Below, piece by piece: positions 53,883 through 64,000 of a stretch of DNA of 64,000 bases. The DNA is taken from positions 1,426,880-1,490,879 of the forward strand of contig PNAE01000007.1 of the NCBI GenBank assembly GCA_003169895.1, in the 5' to 3' direction. The notes beneath the pieces are model-generated. The model ran no database searches and had not been told where the DNA came from. It saw only the letters and a list, made by a program, of their open reading frames with translations. Position 1 is the stretch's first letter. Each line of letters begins with the position of its first letter. The position numbers and the translations under genes are program-made. The DNA is from Gemmatimonadota bacterium (GTDB taxonomy: Bacteria > Gemmatimonadota > Gemmatimonadetes > Gemmatimonadales > GWC2-71-9).

Positions 53883-55127
53883 TTGACCGTCGTCGCTGCA
53901 TGCGCAAGGAAGCGCCCGGCCACCCGGGCGCTCCTTGTTTTCTGGGCATCGGTCAGCATCGCCGGTACCTCCTGCCAGTCGAGCCCGCTCCCGGTGACCC
54001 TCCGCGCCGGCCTCCTCCTCGACGGGCGGGGCGGCCAGATGCGGGACGCGGTGATCACCGTGGTGAACGGCCGGATCGCGACCGTGGCTCCCTGGCGGGA
54101 CGACTCCGTCACCTACGACCTCTCCCGCTATACCGTCCTCCCCGGCCTGATCGACGCGCACGTCCACCTCAACGGATTCCTCAACCATCTGGGGAGGCTG
54201 GCCAACACCGACGACGGTGAGACGTCGGCACAGCGCGCGGCGGCGCGCGCGGCCGTCGCCCTCGCCACCCTGCGTGCCGGGTTCACCACGGTGGCGAGCA
54301 TGGGCGCCGAGGCCGAAAAGGAACTCCGCGATGAGATCAACGCCGGCGCCCTTCCCGGCCCCCGCATCCTGACCTCCCTGGCCCAGATCCACGGCAACGC
54401 CCTCGCGCCCGATGCACTCCGGCGCCTGGTGCAGCGCCACGCGTCCGACCGCGCCGACTTCATCAAGATCTTCGCATCCAACGCCCTCAGAGATGGCGGC
54501 GTGCCCGTGTTCACCCTCGAGCAGCTCTCGGCCCTCTGCGGCGAGGCCCGCCGACTCAAGCTCCGCTCGGTGGTCCACGCCCAAGACGATGCCTCGCTCC
54601 GCCAGGCTGCGGCCGCCGGTTGCACCGAGGTCGAGCACGGCGCGCTTGCCACTGCGGCGGGCCTCGAGGTTCTCGCCAGCCGCGGCGTGTACTTCGATCC
54701 CCAATGCGGGCTCGTGCTTCGCAACTACCTCGAGAACCGCGCGCGCTTCGAGGGGATCGCCGATTTCGACTCCACCGGATTCGCGCTCATGACGCGGTTG
54801 CTCCCGTTGTTGCCGAACCTCCTGCGCACCGCCCTCGCCACGCCCGGTCTCAAGCTCCTGTACGGGACCGACGCAACCGCCGGCGCCCACGGACGGAACG
54901 CCGAGGACCTGGTCTGCCGGGTCCGGGAGGCGGGACAATCGCCGATGGATGCGCTGGTCACCGCCACTTCCCGGAACGCCGCTGCCTTGGGACTGGGGCG
55001 CGAGATCGGCACGATCGCCCCGGGATACCAGGCCGACCTGATCGCGCTCGACGGCGATCCGCTCCAGAAGATCGAGGCGGTGTTGCGTGTGAAGTTCGTG
55101 ATGAAGGGCGGGGTGGTGTACCACTAG
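53883..55127 (+). CDS. metal-dependent amidohydrolase, exported; copy 2
   Basis: The TTG start gives MTVVAACARKRPATRALLVFWASVSIAGTSC (signal/lipobox-like). PGLIDAHVHL metal motif. Paralog of 19613-20809. Confidence 0.85.
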   Translation: MTVVAACARKRPATRALLVFWASVSIAGTSCQSSPLPVTLRAGLLLDGRGGQMRDAVITVVNGRIATVAPWRDDSVTYDLSRYTVLPGLIDAHVHLNGFLNHLGRLANTDDGETSAQRAAARAAVALATLRAGFTTVASMGAEAEKELRDEINAGALPGPRILTSLAQIHGNALAPDALRRLVQRHASDRADFIKIFASNALRDGGVPVFTLEQLSALCGEARRLKLRSVVHAQDDASLRQAAAAGCTEVEHGALATAAGLEVLASRGVYFDPQCGLVLRNYLENRARFEGIADFDSTGFALMTRLLPLLPNLLRTALATPGLKLLYGTDATAGAHGRNAEDLVCRVREAGQSPMDALVTATSRNAAALGLGREIGTIAPGYQADLIALDGDPLQKIEAVLRVKFVMKGGVVYH

Positions 55128-55164
55128 GCGGCAAAGGATATTCGCCGAGAGCTGCTTGGATGTG

Positions 55165-56424
55165 CTACGGCGCTCCGCCCGCCCCAACAGCTGCCGCCCC
55201 ACTTGGAACCTTGATCCCCACCATCGCCCCGAATGCCGCAAACGCAAACACCGCCAGCTCATTGCCGAGCGGAATCTTCGACGCCAGCGGCAACAGGCTG
55301 ACGCCGAGGCCGCTGTAGATCGCCGTGGCCAGCACCGCACCCAGCACCGCCCCGACGACTTGTCGCACCATGGATGACGTGCGCCCCTGTTTCTTCTGTT
55401 GTGTCTGCGCGTACACGGCACCCAGCACGCCGCCCAGCAGTGCTGCAAGCGCAAACCGCACCGGCAACGCAAAGTCGATCGTCGTCTCCGCCGTTCCCAG
55501 TGTCGCCGATACCACGCGAACCGTAGCCGGCCCGAGCCCGCTCGCCGATCGCAGCGTCACCACTCCGCCAGTGGGTCCGATGCGGAGTTGATTGCTGCTC
55601 AGTATGCCGCGGTCGGCGCTCACCGACACGTCGATCGAGTCCTTCGACGTCACGCCCCGCATGCCGATCACCAGTGTCACGGTCTCGATGCCGTACCCCT
55701 GGATCGATGCCGGCGGCCGTTCGAACGTCAGCGCCGGCTGCACGCTCAGCCAGATCGACACGCCGCGCGGGTCGAATTGCGGCACCACCTGTACCCGGAG
55801 CGAGTCGTGCGGACTACGCGCCACTACGCGCACCCGTTCGTACATTCCGCCGGTGTAGCCGAACGTCAGTGACGCCGGCGTGATCGAGTCGGCGTCGCCG
55901 CCAAAGGTGAGACCGATCGAGCGCGCCAGGCTCACCGAGTCGCCTGAACCATCGACCAGGTCGAGCCGGATCAGGAAATCTCCCTCGAATTCATCGGCTG
56001 CCGGCGCATACCGGAGCCCGCCTTCCGGGATGTACACCGGCTGGTACGCCGGCGTCTTTCCTTCGCGATCGAAGCCGACGAAGGTGAACGGTAGCGCGAA
56101 GGTCGAATCCATCCCCTTTGTCGCGGGACTCCGGCCACCGGTGTGGTTCGCGGACTTGGGCGACACTTTCGACAGCGTGGCTCGCTCACCAGTTCGCGCA
56201 GCCAGCGCCTCACCGGGACGGAGCATCGGCGCAGTGGCCGTCCTGGGCACGGTATCGGGCGTCGACGACGTCAGCCTGACCAAGGCACCGCGGTCGAGTT
56301 GCGCCTGGACGTTCGCCGGAAGCTGCGCCCGCGAAATTGGCCGCGCCTGGCCGCTCGCCGATCTCGCCATCGCCAGGCCCAATCCCAGAACCAGGATCAG
56401 CTGGCCACTCTTGTTGCGATACAT
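55165..56424 (-). CDS. membrane-anchored hypothetical protein (419 aa)
   Basis: Signal peptide LILVLGLGLAMARSASG, a beta-rich middle region, and a C-terminal cluster of Gly/Ala-rich TM helices (FALAALLGGVLGAVYA, VVGAVLGAVLATAIY, AVFAFAAFGAMVGI). GGAGG lies 6 nt before the ATG. Confidence 0.6.
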   Translation of the reverse strand: MYRNKSGQLILVLGLGLAMARSASGQARPISRAQLPANVQAQLDRGALVRLTSSTPDTVPRTATAPMLRPGEALAARTGERATLSKVSPKSANHTGGRSPATKGMDSTFALPFTFVGFDREGKTPAYQPVYIPEGGLRYAPAADEFEGDFLIRLDLVDGSGDSVSLARSIGLTFGGDADSITPASLTFGYTGGMYERVRVVARSPHDSLRVQVVPQFDPRGVSIWLSVQPALTFERPPASIQGYGIETVTLVIGMRGVTSKDSIDVSVSADRGILSSNQLRIGPTGGVVTLRSASGLGPATVRVVSATLGTAETTIDFALPVRFALAALLGGVLGAVYAQTQQKKQGRTSSMVRQVVGAVLGAVLATAIYSGLGVSLLPLASKIPLGNELAVFAFAAFGAMVGIKVPSGAAAVGAGGAP

Positions 56425-56707
56425 CGTCCGCCTCCGGATCGGTCGCCTGGGTGTGTTCGCGCGCGCGCTTCACCAAGTCGGTCACATGCCGCGCGCCCGG
56501 ACGCAACGTGTATGCCGCGCCGAACACGCCCCGCCGCGACCGAACCTCCGCAGCCATCACTCGTTCCACATTTGCCTGCATCCGTTCTGGGTGACGACGT
56601 ATCAGTGAGACAACGTTGTCCGAAAATCTGGACGCTCCGGTCTCGACTTGCCGCTCCGCGGCTCGCTCGACCTGACGACGTTTCTCGATTCGACGGTCGT
56701 TCGTCAC
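56210..56707 (-). CDS. uncertain ORF; only the N-terminal ~90 aa look protein-like
   Basis: MTNDRRIEKRRQVERAAERQVETGASRFSDNVVSLIRRHPERMQANVERVMAAEV... The 3' two thirds overlap the start of 55165-56424 in another frame and are Gly/Pro/Ala noise. The true end is unclear. Confidence 0.25.
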   Translation of the reverse strand: MTNDRRIEKRRQVERAAERQVETGASRFSDNVVSLIRRHPERMQANVERVMAAEVRSRRGVFGAAYTLRPGARHVTDLVKRAREHTQATDPEADDVSQQEWPADPGSGIGPGDGEIGERPGAANFAGAASGERPGATRPRCLGQADVVDARYRAQDGHCADAPSR

Positions 56708-56959
56708 CCCGAGCGATGGCGCAGCCCGAGTCGAGGGGCAACCAGCGCCACATAAGGTCTTGCCGCGTATTGCTTACCTGATCGACGCCGGCAAGACTCG
56801 GCCGCACGACATTACACGTTGCGACTTTGGCACATCCCTCGCCTTGCTCCCGGCCGGTCAGTCGACGGTTGGAGTGCCGATCGATTGCAATCATCCACAG
56901 ACATGTCGCGCGGTGCCCCAACGGCCGAGCCGACTGAAGGATTGCGAAAGGAGCGTCGT

Positions 56960-57709
56960 ATGCAGGCAATGCAGACCTATCGATTCGGCAAGCACCCGCC
57001 CAAGCGCGACTACCGCACGTTGCGCTTTCAGGACTATCTCTCGCCCACGCTCCCCCCGCCGGAACCGGCGCACAACGTCCTGGCCGCAGTCTACGCAAAC
57101 CTCAGGAACGCCGATCCGACGAAGCTGTTTCCATTGGACGGCAACGACACGCTGGGCGACTGCACCATTGCCGCGGTTGCGCACGCTAGTACCGCCTATC
57201 ACGCATTGATCGGCAGGAAGACCATCATGCCGCGGGCCGAGGTGGTGAAATTGTACCTGCATCTCACCGGCGGCATCGACAGCGGCCTCAACGAGCTCGA
57301 TGTCCTCAACTACTGGCGCAAGCACCCGGTCGCGGGTAGCGAGATTCTGGCGTTCGCAGGCGTCGATCCGAGGAACCATACCCACGTGAAGCAGGCGATC
57401 ACGCTCTTTGGTGGCGTGTACCTCGGCTTCCAGGTACAGCGCGACTGCCTCCAGGAGTTTGACGCGCGCACACCGTGGACGGCGGGCCCGCTGACGCCCG
57501 ACGGCCATGCGGTGTTTGCGATTGGATACGATCGCACCGGGGTGACGGTGCTGACGTGGGGCAACACTCAGGCGGCGACGTGGGGCTGGTGGGATGAATG
57601 TGTCGACGAGGCCTACGCCATCTTGCCACTAGAGGCGAAGGAGCCGGGGTTCGCGCCGGGATTCTCCTCGGCGCAGTTGGCGGCGGATCTCACTGCGGTG
57701 GCGAGTTGA
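56960..57709 (+). CDS. papain-fold cysteine peptidase-like protein (249 aa)
   Basis: The ATG at 56960 follows AAAGGAG with a 6-nt spacer. Candidate nucleophile in NDTLGDCTIAAVAHA and candidate His in PDGHAVFAIGYDRTGVTVLTWGN. No signal peptide. Confidence 0.55.
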   Translation: MQAMQTYRFGKHPPKRDYRTLRFQDYLSPTLPPPEPAHNVLAAVYANLRNADPTKLFPLDGNDTLGDCTIAAVAHASTAYHALIGRKTIMPRAEVVKLYLHLTGGIDSGLNELDVLNYWRKHPVAGSEILAFAGVDPRNHTHVKQAITLFGGVYLGFQVQRDCLQEFDARTPWTAGPLTPDGHAVFAIGYDRTGVTVLTWGNTQAATWGWWDECVDEAYAILPLEAKEPGFAPGFSSAQLAADLTAVAS

Positions 57710-58339
57710 CTGATCCTCTCCGGTTGAGCCGCTGGTTGAGCATGGTTCAGTCTATGCATCTGCAGTTGAACTCCGCCGGTGGAGATCTCGTTGCTCCATC
57801 TCGATGTTCCGTCGGGCTCCATGTACAACCCACGTCGCGGGGAAACGACAAGGCACATCCGGTACCGTTGTCCGAGCTTCGCCATCTTCTTCCAGGCTCG
57901 AGCTACGAGGGTTTGCATGCTAGCTCGTTCCGGCATCCCTACGACCATGCACACCCCAGGCATGAGGCGGACGACGAGATACGGCGCGAACGTTACTGAC
58001 TGAGCGGCAGGCGGAGACGCGGCAGGCGTGCGCGGCATGGGAATACCCTTTCGGCCAGATGGGGACCGCACATGGTTCCCGCCACTGCAGCGGGTTGGCG
58101 TTGCCACCGTGAGATGCCGTGGGGCATCGGGGTAACGGCGTGGCGGACGGATCAATGAGCCAGGTCTCTCCCCGTCCTCTTCATGCAGTCGACGGACGTT
58201 CCGCCGATCGGCGAACACTGTCAGTTTGGTGCGAAGTCGGCAAGCCCGACCGATTTCAGTCAGCCGTACCGAAGACCCCCAAGTGGCGGACGGGGGCTTA
58301 CGTTAAATGGCTCTCGCCGATCACCGGAGGTACCAACCC

Positions 58340-58840
58340 ATGCCTTACCAGCTCAAAATCAACGGGAAGACCACAACGGTTGACGTGCCCGCCGACATGC
58401 CCCTGCTCTGGGTGTTGCGCGACGTGCTGGATCTTAAGGGCACCAAGTTCGGCTGCGGCGTGGCGCAGTGCGGTGCGTGCATGGTTCACGTCGCGGGCAC
58501 GGCGACGCGATCGTGTATCCTGCCCGTGTCCGCCGTCGGGGCATCGCCGATCACGACCATCGAGGGCCTCGCTCCCGACGCGTCACACCCGCTCCAGCGC
58601 GCCTGGCAGGAACTCGACGTGTCGCAATGCGGCTACTGCCAGCCGGGCCAATTGATGTCGGCGGCGGCGTTGCTGGTGCGGACACCCAAGCCCACCGACG
58701 CTGATATCGACGCCGCGATGGATGGCAATATCTGCCGCTGCACCACATACCTCAGGATCCGACAGGCGATTCATCATGCAGCGGGCAATTCCGCTCCGCC
58801 CGCCACACCGATGCCCAAGGGCAGCAAGGGGGCGTTGTGA
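58340..58840 (+). CDS. (2Fe-2S)-binding small subunit (IorA-like)
   Basis: [10 protein letters not shown]..., [32 protein letters not shown] at 58340 with GGAGG 9 nt upstream. Confidence 0.9.
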   Translation: MPYQLKINGKTTTVDVPADMPLLWVLRDVLDLKGTKFGCGVAQCGACMVHVAGTATRSCILPVSAVGASPITTIEGLAPDASHPLQRAWQELDVSQCGYCQPGQLMSAAALLVRTPKPTDADIDAAMDGNICRCTTYLRIRQAIHHAAGNSAPPATPMPKGSKGAL

Positions 58841-61071
58841 GCACGCTCACTGTGGGCCGCCGCGGTTTCCTGAAGGTCACGGTTCTAGCGGGCGGTAGCC
58901 TCCTCCTCGGCGCGTATTTCGAGCCCGTGCGAGCCATCACCGGCAAGGCGTCGCGCGCGGCCGACTTCATGCCCAACGCATACATCAGGATCGCGGCCGA
59001 TGGTGCCGTCACCATCATCGCCAAGAATCCTGAAATCGGCCAGGGAATCAAGACCGCGTTCCCGATGATCATCGCCGACGAGCTCGATGTCGATTGGAAG
59101 AGCGTCACGGTGGAAATGGCGATGGCCGACCAGGCGAAGTATGGCAGTCAGAACGTCGGCGGAAGCAGCTCGACGCCCAACAACTACACGACACTGCGCC
59201 GGGTAGGCGCGGCCGGGCGACAGCTGTTCGTGACCGCTGCCGCCCAGACCTGGAACGTGCCGGAGTCCGAGTGCACCACCGCGTCCGGCACGGTCTTTCA
59301 CCGGAGCAGCAATCGCAAGCTCGGTTACGGCGAGCTGATTGCCAAGGCGGCGACACTGCCGCCACCCGACCTGCAGTCCGTTACGCTCAAGGACCCGAAG
59401 GACTTCAAGATCATCGGCACGCCGGTGCCGAACGTCGACGCACCGGGGATCGTGCGCGGCATGCCGATGTACGGCATCGACGTCACCTTGCCGGGCATGT
59501 TGTACGCCGTGTACGCCAAGTGTCCTGTGTTCGGCGGCAAGGTGGCGAGCGTCGATCTCGCCGCAGTGAAGGCGATGCCCGGCGTGCGACACGCGTTCGT
59601 TGTGGACGGCGCGTCGCCGGGGATGAGCGCCGGCCTCAACCCCGGCGTCGCCATCGTTGCCGATTCCTGGTGGTACGCCAAGACCGCGCGCGACAAGATG
59701 CGCGTCACCTGGGACGAGGGCTCGACGGAGGGACAGAGTACGGCCGAGTTCGCCCAACGGGCGGCAGAACTCTCGCAGCAGTCGCCGGAGCGGTCAGTCC
59801 GCAAGGACGGCGACGTCGATGCTGCGCTGAGCGGCGCGGCGAAGGTCGTTGCAGCCGCCTATAGCTACCCGTTCCTGGCCCACGCGCCGCTCGAGCCGAT
59901 GAACTGCACCGCGTCCTGGCAGAACGGCAAGCTGGAGATGTGGGCGCCATCGCAGGGGCCGTTCGGCGGCGGCCAGCTTGCCGCGAGAACAGTCGGCATT
60001 CCGGAGAGCGACGTCACCGTGCACATCACGCGTGCCGGCGGCGGCTTTGGCCGGCGAGGATTCAACGATTTCATGGCCGAAGCCGCGTGGATCGCGAAGA
60101 CCATTGGCGGGCCGGTGAAGCTGCTATGGACTCGCGAGGACGACATTCAACACGACTATTATCGCCCGGGGGGCTTCCATTTCCTCAAGGGCGGCGTCGA
60201 CGCCGACGGGAAGCTGGTCGCCTGGCACAACCATTTTGTGTCGTTCGGCGAGAACGGTCGGGCCGCCCTCACGGCGGACCTCTCGGCGAGCGAGTTCCCC
60301 GCGCGGTTCGTGCCCAACTATGCGCTCGACATATCGCTCATCCCGCTCCGCGTCCCGACCGGGTGGCTGCGCGCTCCCGGCAGCAATGCACTCGCGTTCG
60401 TCATGCAGTCGTTTATCGACGAGCTTGCGCACGCCGCCGGCAAGGACCCGTTGCAGTTCCGCCTCGACCTCCTCGGCGCGCCTCGCATGGTGACGGACCC
60501 TCCCGGCGCCGGCGGTGCCCGCGGTCGTCGCGGGGGCGGCGGCTACGACGCGGCCCGCATGCGCGGCGTGCTGGAACTGGTACGTGACAAGTCGGGATGG
60601 GACAACCGCCAACTACCCGGTGGCACGGGAATGGGAGTGGCATTTCACTTTTCGCATCGCGGCTACTTCGCGGAGGTCGTCGAAGCCAGCGTCGACGCAA
60701 CGAACCTGCTCAAGGTGCACAAGATCTGGATTGCCGGGGACATCGGCAGTCAGATCATCAATCCGTCGGCCGCGATCGGCCAGGCACAGGGCGCCGCGCT
60801 GGATGGCCTCGCACAGGCGCTCGGGCAGGAGATTACCATCGACAGGGGCCGCGTAGTGCAAAGCAATTTCCACAACTTCGCGCTGCTGCGGCATCGCCAG
60901 GCGCCGGCCGAGGTCGAGGTGCATTTCCGGATCACCGACAATCCGCCCACCGGGCTCGGCGAACCGGCGCTGCCGCCGGTGATTCCGGCACTGTGCAACG
61001 CGATCTTCGCGGCGACAGGCAAGCGGATCCGGGCGTTGCCGATCTCGAAGCAAGGGTTGCGGGTCGCTTGA
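58837..61071 (+). CDS. molybdopterin-binding large subunit (IorB-like) with Tat signal
   Basis: The GTG overlaps the small-subunit stop (GTGA). Tat motif [43 protein letters not shown]; C-terminal [23 protein letters not shown]. Confidence 0.9.
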   Translation: MSTLTVGRRGFLKVTVLAGGSLLLGAYFEPVRAITGKASRAADFMPNAYIRIAADGAVTIIAKNPEIGQGIKTAFPMIIADELDVDWKSVTVEMAMADQAKYGSQNVGGSSSTPNNYTTLRRVGAAGRQLFVTAAAQTWNVPESECTTASGTVFHRSSNRKLGYGELIAKAATLPPPDLQSVTLKDPKDFKIIGTPVPNVDAPGIVRGMPMYGIDVTLPGMLYAVYAKCPVFGGKVASVDLAAVKAMPGVRHAFVVDGASPGMSAGLNPGVAIVADSWWYAKTARDKMRVTWDEGSTEGQSTAEFAQRAAELSQQSPERSVRKDGDVDAALSGAAKVVAAAYSYPFLAHAPLEPMNCTASWQNGKLEMWAPSQGPFGGGQLAARTVGIPESDVTVHITRAGGGFGRRGFNDFMAEAAWIAKTIGGPVKLLWTREDDIQHDYYRPGGFHFLKGGVDADGKLVAWHNHFVSFGENGRAALTADLSASEFPARFVPNYALDISLIPLRVPTGWLRAPGSNALAFVMQSFIDELAHAAGKDPLQFRLDLLGAPRMVTDPPGAGGARGRRGGGGYDAARMRGVLELVRDKSGWDNRQLPGGTGMGVAFHFSHRGYFAEVVEASVDATNLLKVHKIWIAGDIGSQIINPSAAIGQAQGAALDGLAQALGQEITIDRGRVVQSNFHNFALLRHRQAPAEVEVHFRITDNPPTGLGEPALPPVIPALCNAIFAATGKRIRALPISKQGLRVA

Positions 61072-61084
61072 GCGTCGCGGAGCG

Positions 61085-62194
61085 ATGAAACACTGGCAGG
61101 AGGCCCGGCAAGTCTTCGAATGGCTCTCGACGCTGAATACCGAGCAGCGCCGCGCCGCGCTGGCGACCGTAGTGTGCGTTCACGGTTCAGCGTACCGCCG
61201 CGAAGGCGCCAAGATGGCCGTGGCGGAGGACGGTGCCTGCGTCGGGAATGTGAGCGGCGGATGCCTCGAACTGGACGTGCGGGAGGTGGCGTTGCAGGTA
61301 ATCGCCTCGCAGGTTCCCCAGTTGCGCAGCTATTGCTCGGGCGGGGACGAGGTTCGCGCCTGGGATCTCGGCGTCGGTTGTGAGGGAGAGGTCAAGGTAT
61401 TCGTCGAGCCCGCGTACTCCACGTCAGCGATCGAACAGGGACTGTTGGCAGCGGGGCTCCCGTTCGCCGTGTGCACGATGATTCGCACCGAACCAGCAAC
61501 CAACCGGCCAAACCGACTTATTGTCACCGCACGCGGCGTCGAAGGCAATTCTGAGGACAGCGACATCAATACCGCGGTGGTTGCCGAAGCGCGGGGATTG
61601 CTTGCGGTGGATGCGCCAAGCTCGCTTCGGGACGTTGCCGGGACGGCCGTATTCGTCGACGTGTATCGGGTGCCGCCGCATCTGGTGATCGTCAGCGCCG
61701 GCAACGATGCCCGGCCGCTGGCGCGCTTCGCCGTGGAAGCGGGGTTCCGCGTCACGGTGGTCGATCACCGTCCCGGGCTGCTGCTGACCGATCGGTTCCC
61801 CGGTGCCGCCACGCTGATCGACAGCTTCCCCGCGGACCTCGTGCGGCGGGTGCAGTTCGACGACCACACTTTCGCTGTCGTGATGACGCACAACTTCGCG
61901 GACGACGAGCAGTACCTTCGGGCGCTCGTCGCGACCTCCGTTGCTTACATCGGCGTGCTGGGGCCACGTCAGCGCACGGAACGTCTCCTGCGCAATGTCG
62001 CGGGCGACTCGTCGCTCGACACCGATCGCATCTACGCTCCGGTCGGCCTCGACGTCGGCACCGATGGCGCCGAGCAGGTCGCGCTGGCCATCATCGCGGA
62101 GATGCTGGCGGTGCGCGGCGGGCGCCAGCCGCAATCGCTGCGCGAGCGCCCGCTGCCGATTCATGCCGCCGGCGGGGTGGGGCGTGGGGCATGA
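61085..62194 (+). CDS. XdhC/CoxI-family molybdenum-cofactor insertion chaperone
   Basis: N-terminal XdhC_CoxI pattern (ALATVVCVHGSAYRREGAKMAV...GNVSGGCLE) and a C-terminal Rossmann part (HLVIVSAGNDARPLARFA..., VVMTHNFADDEQYL). Confidence 0.85.
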   Translation: MKHWQEARQVFEWLSTLNTEQRRAALATVVCVHGSAYRREGAKMAVAEDGACVGNVSGGCLELDVREVALQVIASQVPQLRSYCSGGDEVRAWDLGVGCEGEVKVFVEPAYSTSAIEQGLLAAGLPFAVCTMIRTEPATNRPNRLIVTARGVEGNSEDSDINTAVVAEARGLLAVDAPSSLRDVAGTAVFVDVYRVPPHLVIVSAGNDARPLARFAVEAGFRVTVVDHRPGLLLTDRFPGAATLIDSFPADLVRRVQFDDHTFAVVMTHNFADDEQYLRALVATSVAYIGVLGPRQRTERLLRNVAGDSSLDTDRIYAPVGLDVGTDGAEQVALAIIAEMLAVRGGRQPQSLRERPLPIHAAGGVGRGA

Positions 62195-62783
62195 CGTCCC
62201 GGCGCGAATCGCGGCTATCGTCCTCGCCGCCGGTGCCTCCCGACGGATGGGCCGCAACAAGATGCTGCTGCCGCTCGACGGCGAATCGCTGGTGCGCCGC
62301 GCCGCCGGGCGCGCGATCGGCGCCAGATTGTCGCCGACGATCGTGGTGCTCGGACACGAACCCGAGAAGGTCCGCGCGGAGCTGACCGGCCTGTCCTGCG
62401 AGTTCGTCACCAATCCCGATTACACCGGCCCCACGAGCACATCGCTGCACCGCGGTCTCGGCGCGCTGCCTGCCGATGCTGATGCCGCAGTCGTGATCCT
62501 CGCTGACATGGTGATGGTGACCGTCGCGATGCTGACGGCGATTGTGATGGCTGCGCGCGCCAACCCGGCGCCGCTGGTCGTATCGCGCTACGGTGACGTC
62601 CTCGCACCGCCGCTCCTGTTCCGGCGATTGCTGTTTCCGGAGCTACTCGCCTGGCGCGATGAGGGATGCGGCAAGCAGGTGGTACTGCGACACCGGGCGG
62701 AGGCGATATTTCTCGACTGGCCCCCGGCTGCACTCCTGGACATCGACACATCGGAAGACTTCGCTGCGCTCACGCGGAGCTGA
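62184..62783 (+). CDS. mocA: molybdenum cofactor cytidylyltransferase (MocA/MobA-like NTP transferase)
   Basis: AAIVLAAGASRRMGRNKMLLPLDG is the hallmark N-terminal loop. Possible starts are GTG at 62184 or ATG at 62163, both overlapping the xdhC-family 3' end. The track ORF begins far upstream (61941) in xdhC antisense-free overlap. Confidence 0.8.
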   Translation: MGHDVPARIAAIVLAAGASRRMGRNKMLLPLDGESLVRRAAGRAIGARLSPTIVVLGHEPEKVRAELTGLSCEFVTNPDYTGPTSTSLHRGLGALPADADAAVVILADMVMVTVAMLTAIVMAARANPAPLVVSRYGDVLAPPLLFRRLLFPELLAWRDEGCGKQVVLRHRAEAIFLDWPPAALLDIDTSEDFAALTRS

Positions 62784-62933
62784 TATACCGCCAGCTCAGC
62801 GCTCAGACCACGGTTCCACTCTCTCAAATTGACCCTCGGCTCGGGGCGAGCGAGGCACCGGTCTGGGGCCGTCTCTTCCGCCGGGCGGGAATCAGTGGCA
62901 GCTTACTGAGGAATTCCCCTTTCGGAGGCGCGC

Positions 62934-63389
62934 GTGCCCAGTTTCACCCTCACCATCAATGGCAAGCAGCAGTCCGTCGACGTTGCCGCGGACACACCGC
63001 TCCTCTGGGTCCTGCGCGATAATCTTGGCCTCACCGGTACCAAGTTCGGTTGCGGCATCGGCGAATGCGGCGCCTGCACCGTCCATATCGACGGCGCCGC
63101 CACTCGCTCATGCTCCACGCCAGTCAGCACCGTCGCCGGCAGGCGGGTGACGACGATCGAGGGACTCTCCAGCGACCGCAGCCACGCAGTGCAGAAAGCC
63201 TGGATCGCCGACGACGTGCCGCAGTGCGGCTACTGCCAGTCCGGCCAGATCATGGTGGCGGCAGCACTCCTGGCGAAGGGTGGCAAGCCCACCGACGTGG
63301 ATATCGACACCGCCATGACCAACATCTGCCGCTGCGGCACCTACCAGCGGATTCGCACAGCGATTCATCACGCCGCCGGGGAGGTGTGA
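62934..63389 (+). CDS. (2Fe-2S)-binding small subunit (IorA-like), third paralog
   Basis: [11 protein letters not shown]..., [29 protein letters not shown]. Confidence 0.9.
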   Translation: MPSFTLTINGKQQSVDVAADTPLLWVLRDNLGLTGTKFGCGIGECGACTVHIDGAATRSCSTPVSTVAGRRVTTIEGLSSDRSHAVQKAWIADDVPQCGYCQSGQIMVAAALLAKGGKPTDVDIDTAMTNICRCGTYQRIRTAIHHAAGEV

Positions 63390-63390
63390 C

Positions 63391-64000
63391 ATGAGCGCTC
63401 CCCGCGAAGTCTCCCGCCGCGAATTCATCCAGGCGACGTCGGTCGCCGGCGCCGGGCTGCTGATCGGCTTCTCGCTCACCGGCTGTGCGCCGACACCGAC
63501 AGCACCGGCGGGCCCGCCGGTCCCGCTCAACGCCTGGCTCCGTATCGCGTCCGACGACAGCATTACGGTGATTGTCGACCGATCCGAAATGGGCCAGGGG
63601 GTGACCACCGCGCTGCCGATGCTGCTGGCCGAAGAGCTCGAGGTGGACTGGGCGAAAATCGCGATCGAATTCGCCCCGGCCGACAAGGTGTACACCAATC
63701 CCCTGTTCGGCATGCAGGGCACCGGCGGCAGCAGCAGCGTGCGCGTCGCCTTTGTCCCGCTGCGCCAGACCGGTGCCGCCGCACGCGAGATGCTGATCTC
63801 AGCCGCCGCCACAACCTGGAAGGTGGACCGGAGTGAATGCCACGCCGAAACTGGCGCGGTGATTCACACCAGCAGCAAGCGCAAGCTCCGCTACGGCGAA
63901 CTGGTGAAGGCGGCTGCAGCGCTCCCGGTGCCGAAGGACGTGCCGCTCAAGGATTCCAAGGCGTGGAAGGTGATCGGCACGCGCACCAAGCGCCTCGATA
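63391..64000 (+). CDS. molybdopterin-binding large subunit (IorB-like), 3'-truncated by window end
   Basis: My own translation from the ATG at 63391: MSAPREVSRREFIQATSVAGAGLLIGFSLTGC... (Tat-like plus lipobox), then SEMGQGVTTALPMLLAEELEVDW, collinear with 58837-61071. It is open to the end of the window, so it is not in the ORF track. Confidence 0.85.
   Translation, partial: MSAPREVSRREFIQATSVAGAGLLIGFSLTGCAPTPTAPAGPPVPLNAWLRIASDDSITVIVDRSEMGQGVTTALPMLLAEELEVDWAKIAIEFAPADKVYTNPLFGMQGTGGSSSVRVAFVPLRQTGAAAREMLISAAATTWKVDRSECHAETGAVIHTSSKRKLRYGELVKAAAALPVPKDVPLKDSKAWKVIGTRTKRLD

Noticed and set aside
57613-58218. A 201-aa minus-strand ORF in the 630-nt gap before the second IorA gene. Its central part (VTFAPYLVVRLMPGVCMVVGMPERASMQTLVARAWKKMAKLGQRY) looks somewhat protein-like and locally lower in GC.
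   Set aside because: There is no motif and no convincing start or SD. Its 3' end overlaps the convergent peptidase gene by about 100 nt, and the N-terminal third is Arg/Pro noise. The evidence is insufficient to call a gene.

Overview
This is a high-GC bacterial chromosome segment. Hand counts of single 60-nt lines give about 70% GC in the core and 42-52% in parts of the left-hand island. The source is probably a Gemmatimonadota/Acidobacteriota-type soil bacterium; this is inferred from the many GGMATVYLA-type Ser/Thr kinases fused to TPR or PD40/TolB-like propeller domains.

Layout:
(i) nt 1-12.7 kb is a lower-GC accessory island full of nucleic-acid-targeting genes. It carries a TPR protein, a Dcm methyltransferase with a PD-(D/E)XK restriction enzyme, RmuC, an SMC/RloC-like ABC ATPase with a CxxC hook, a DUF262-HNH GmrSD-like enzyme, and a cytoplasmic trypsin-like protease with an unknown partner. 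Its three minus-strand transcription units each begin with a paralogous TATAAT-containing element. The island ends at a tRNA-Ile(GAU) 3'-half remnant.
(ii) 12.9-18 kb, 35.8-43.3 kb and 48-53 kb hold seven full-length paralogous Ser/Thr kinases. There is also one short kinase and two decayed kinase fragments.
(iii) 18-21.6 kb is a mobile-DNA scar with an IS3 OrfA fragment and two IS91/Y2-transposase tail fragments. The two IS91 tail fragments bracket a cassette of two tiny ORFs with a lasso-peptide-type leader, coupled to an exported amidohydrolase. A second peptide+amidohydrolase cassette lies at 53.7-55.1 kb.
(iv) The rest is housekeeping and metabolic genes: FtsH, flavodoxin, three IorA/IorB-type molybdoenzyme pairs with XdhC and MocA, an aldo-keto reductase, a metallophosphoesterase, and a class-V aminotransferase.

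The best candidates for something undescribed are the leader-peptide/amidohydrolase cassette (three peptides, two enzymes) and the 279aa-102aa-ATPase-RmuC operon. I saw no rRNA, no intact tRNA and no CRISPR array. All calls were made by eye from the ORF track and the sequence. No database search was possible, so family names are recognitions from memory.
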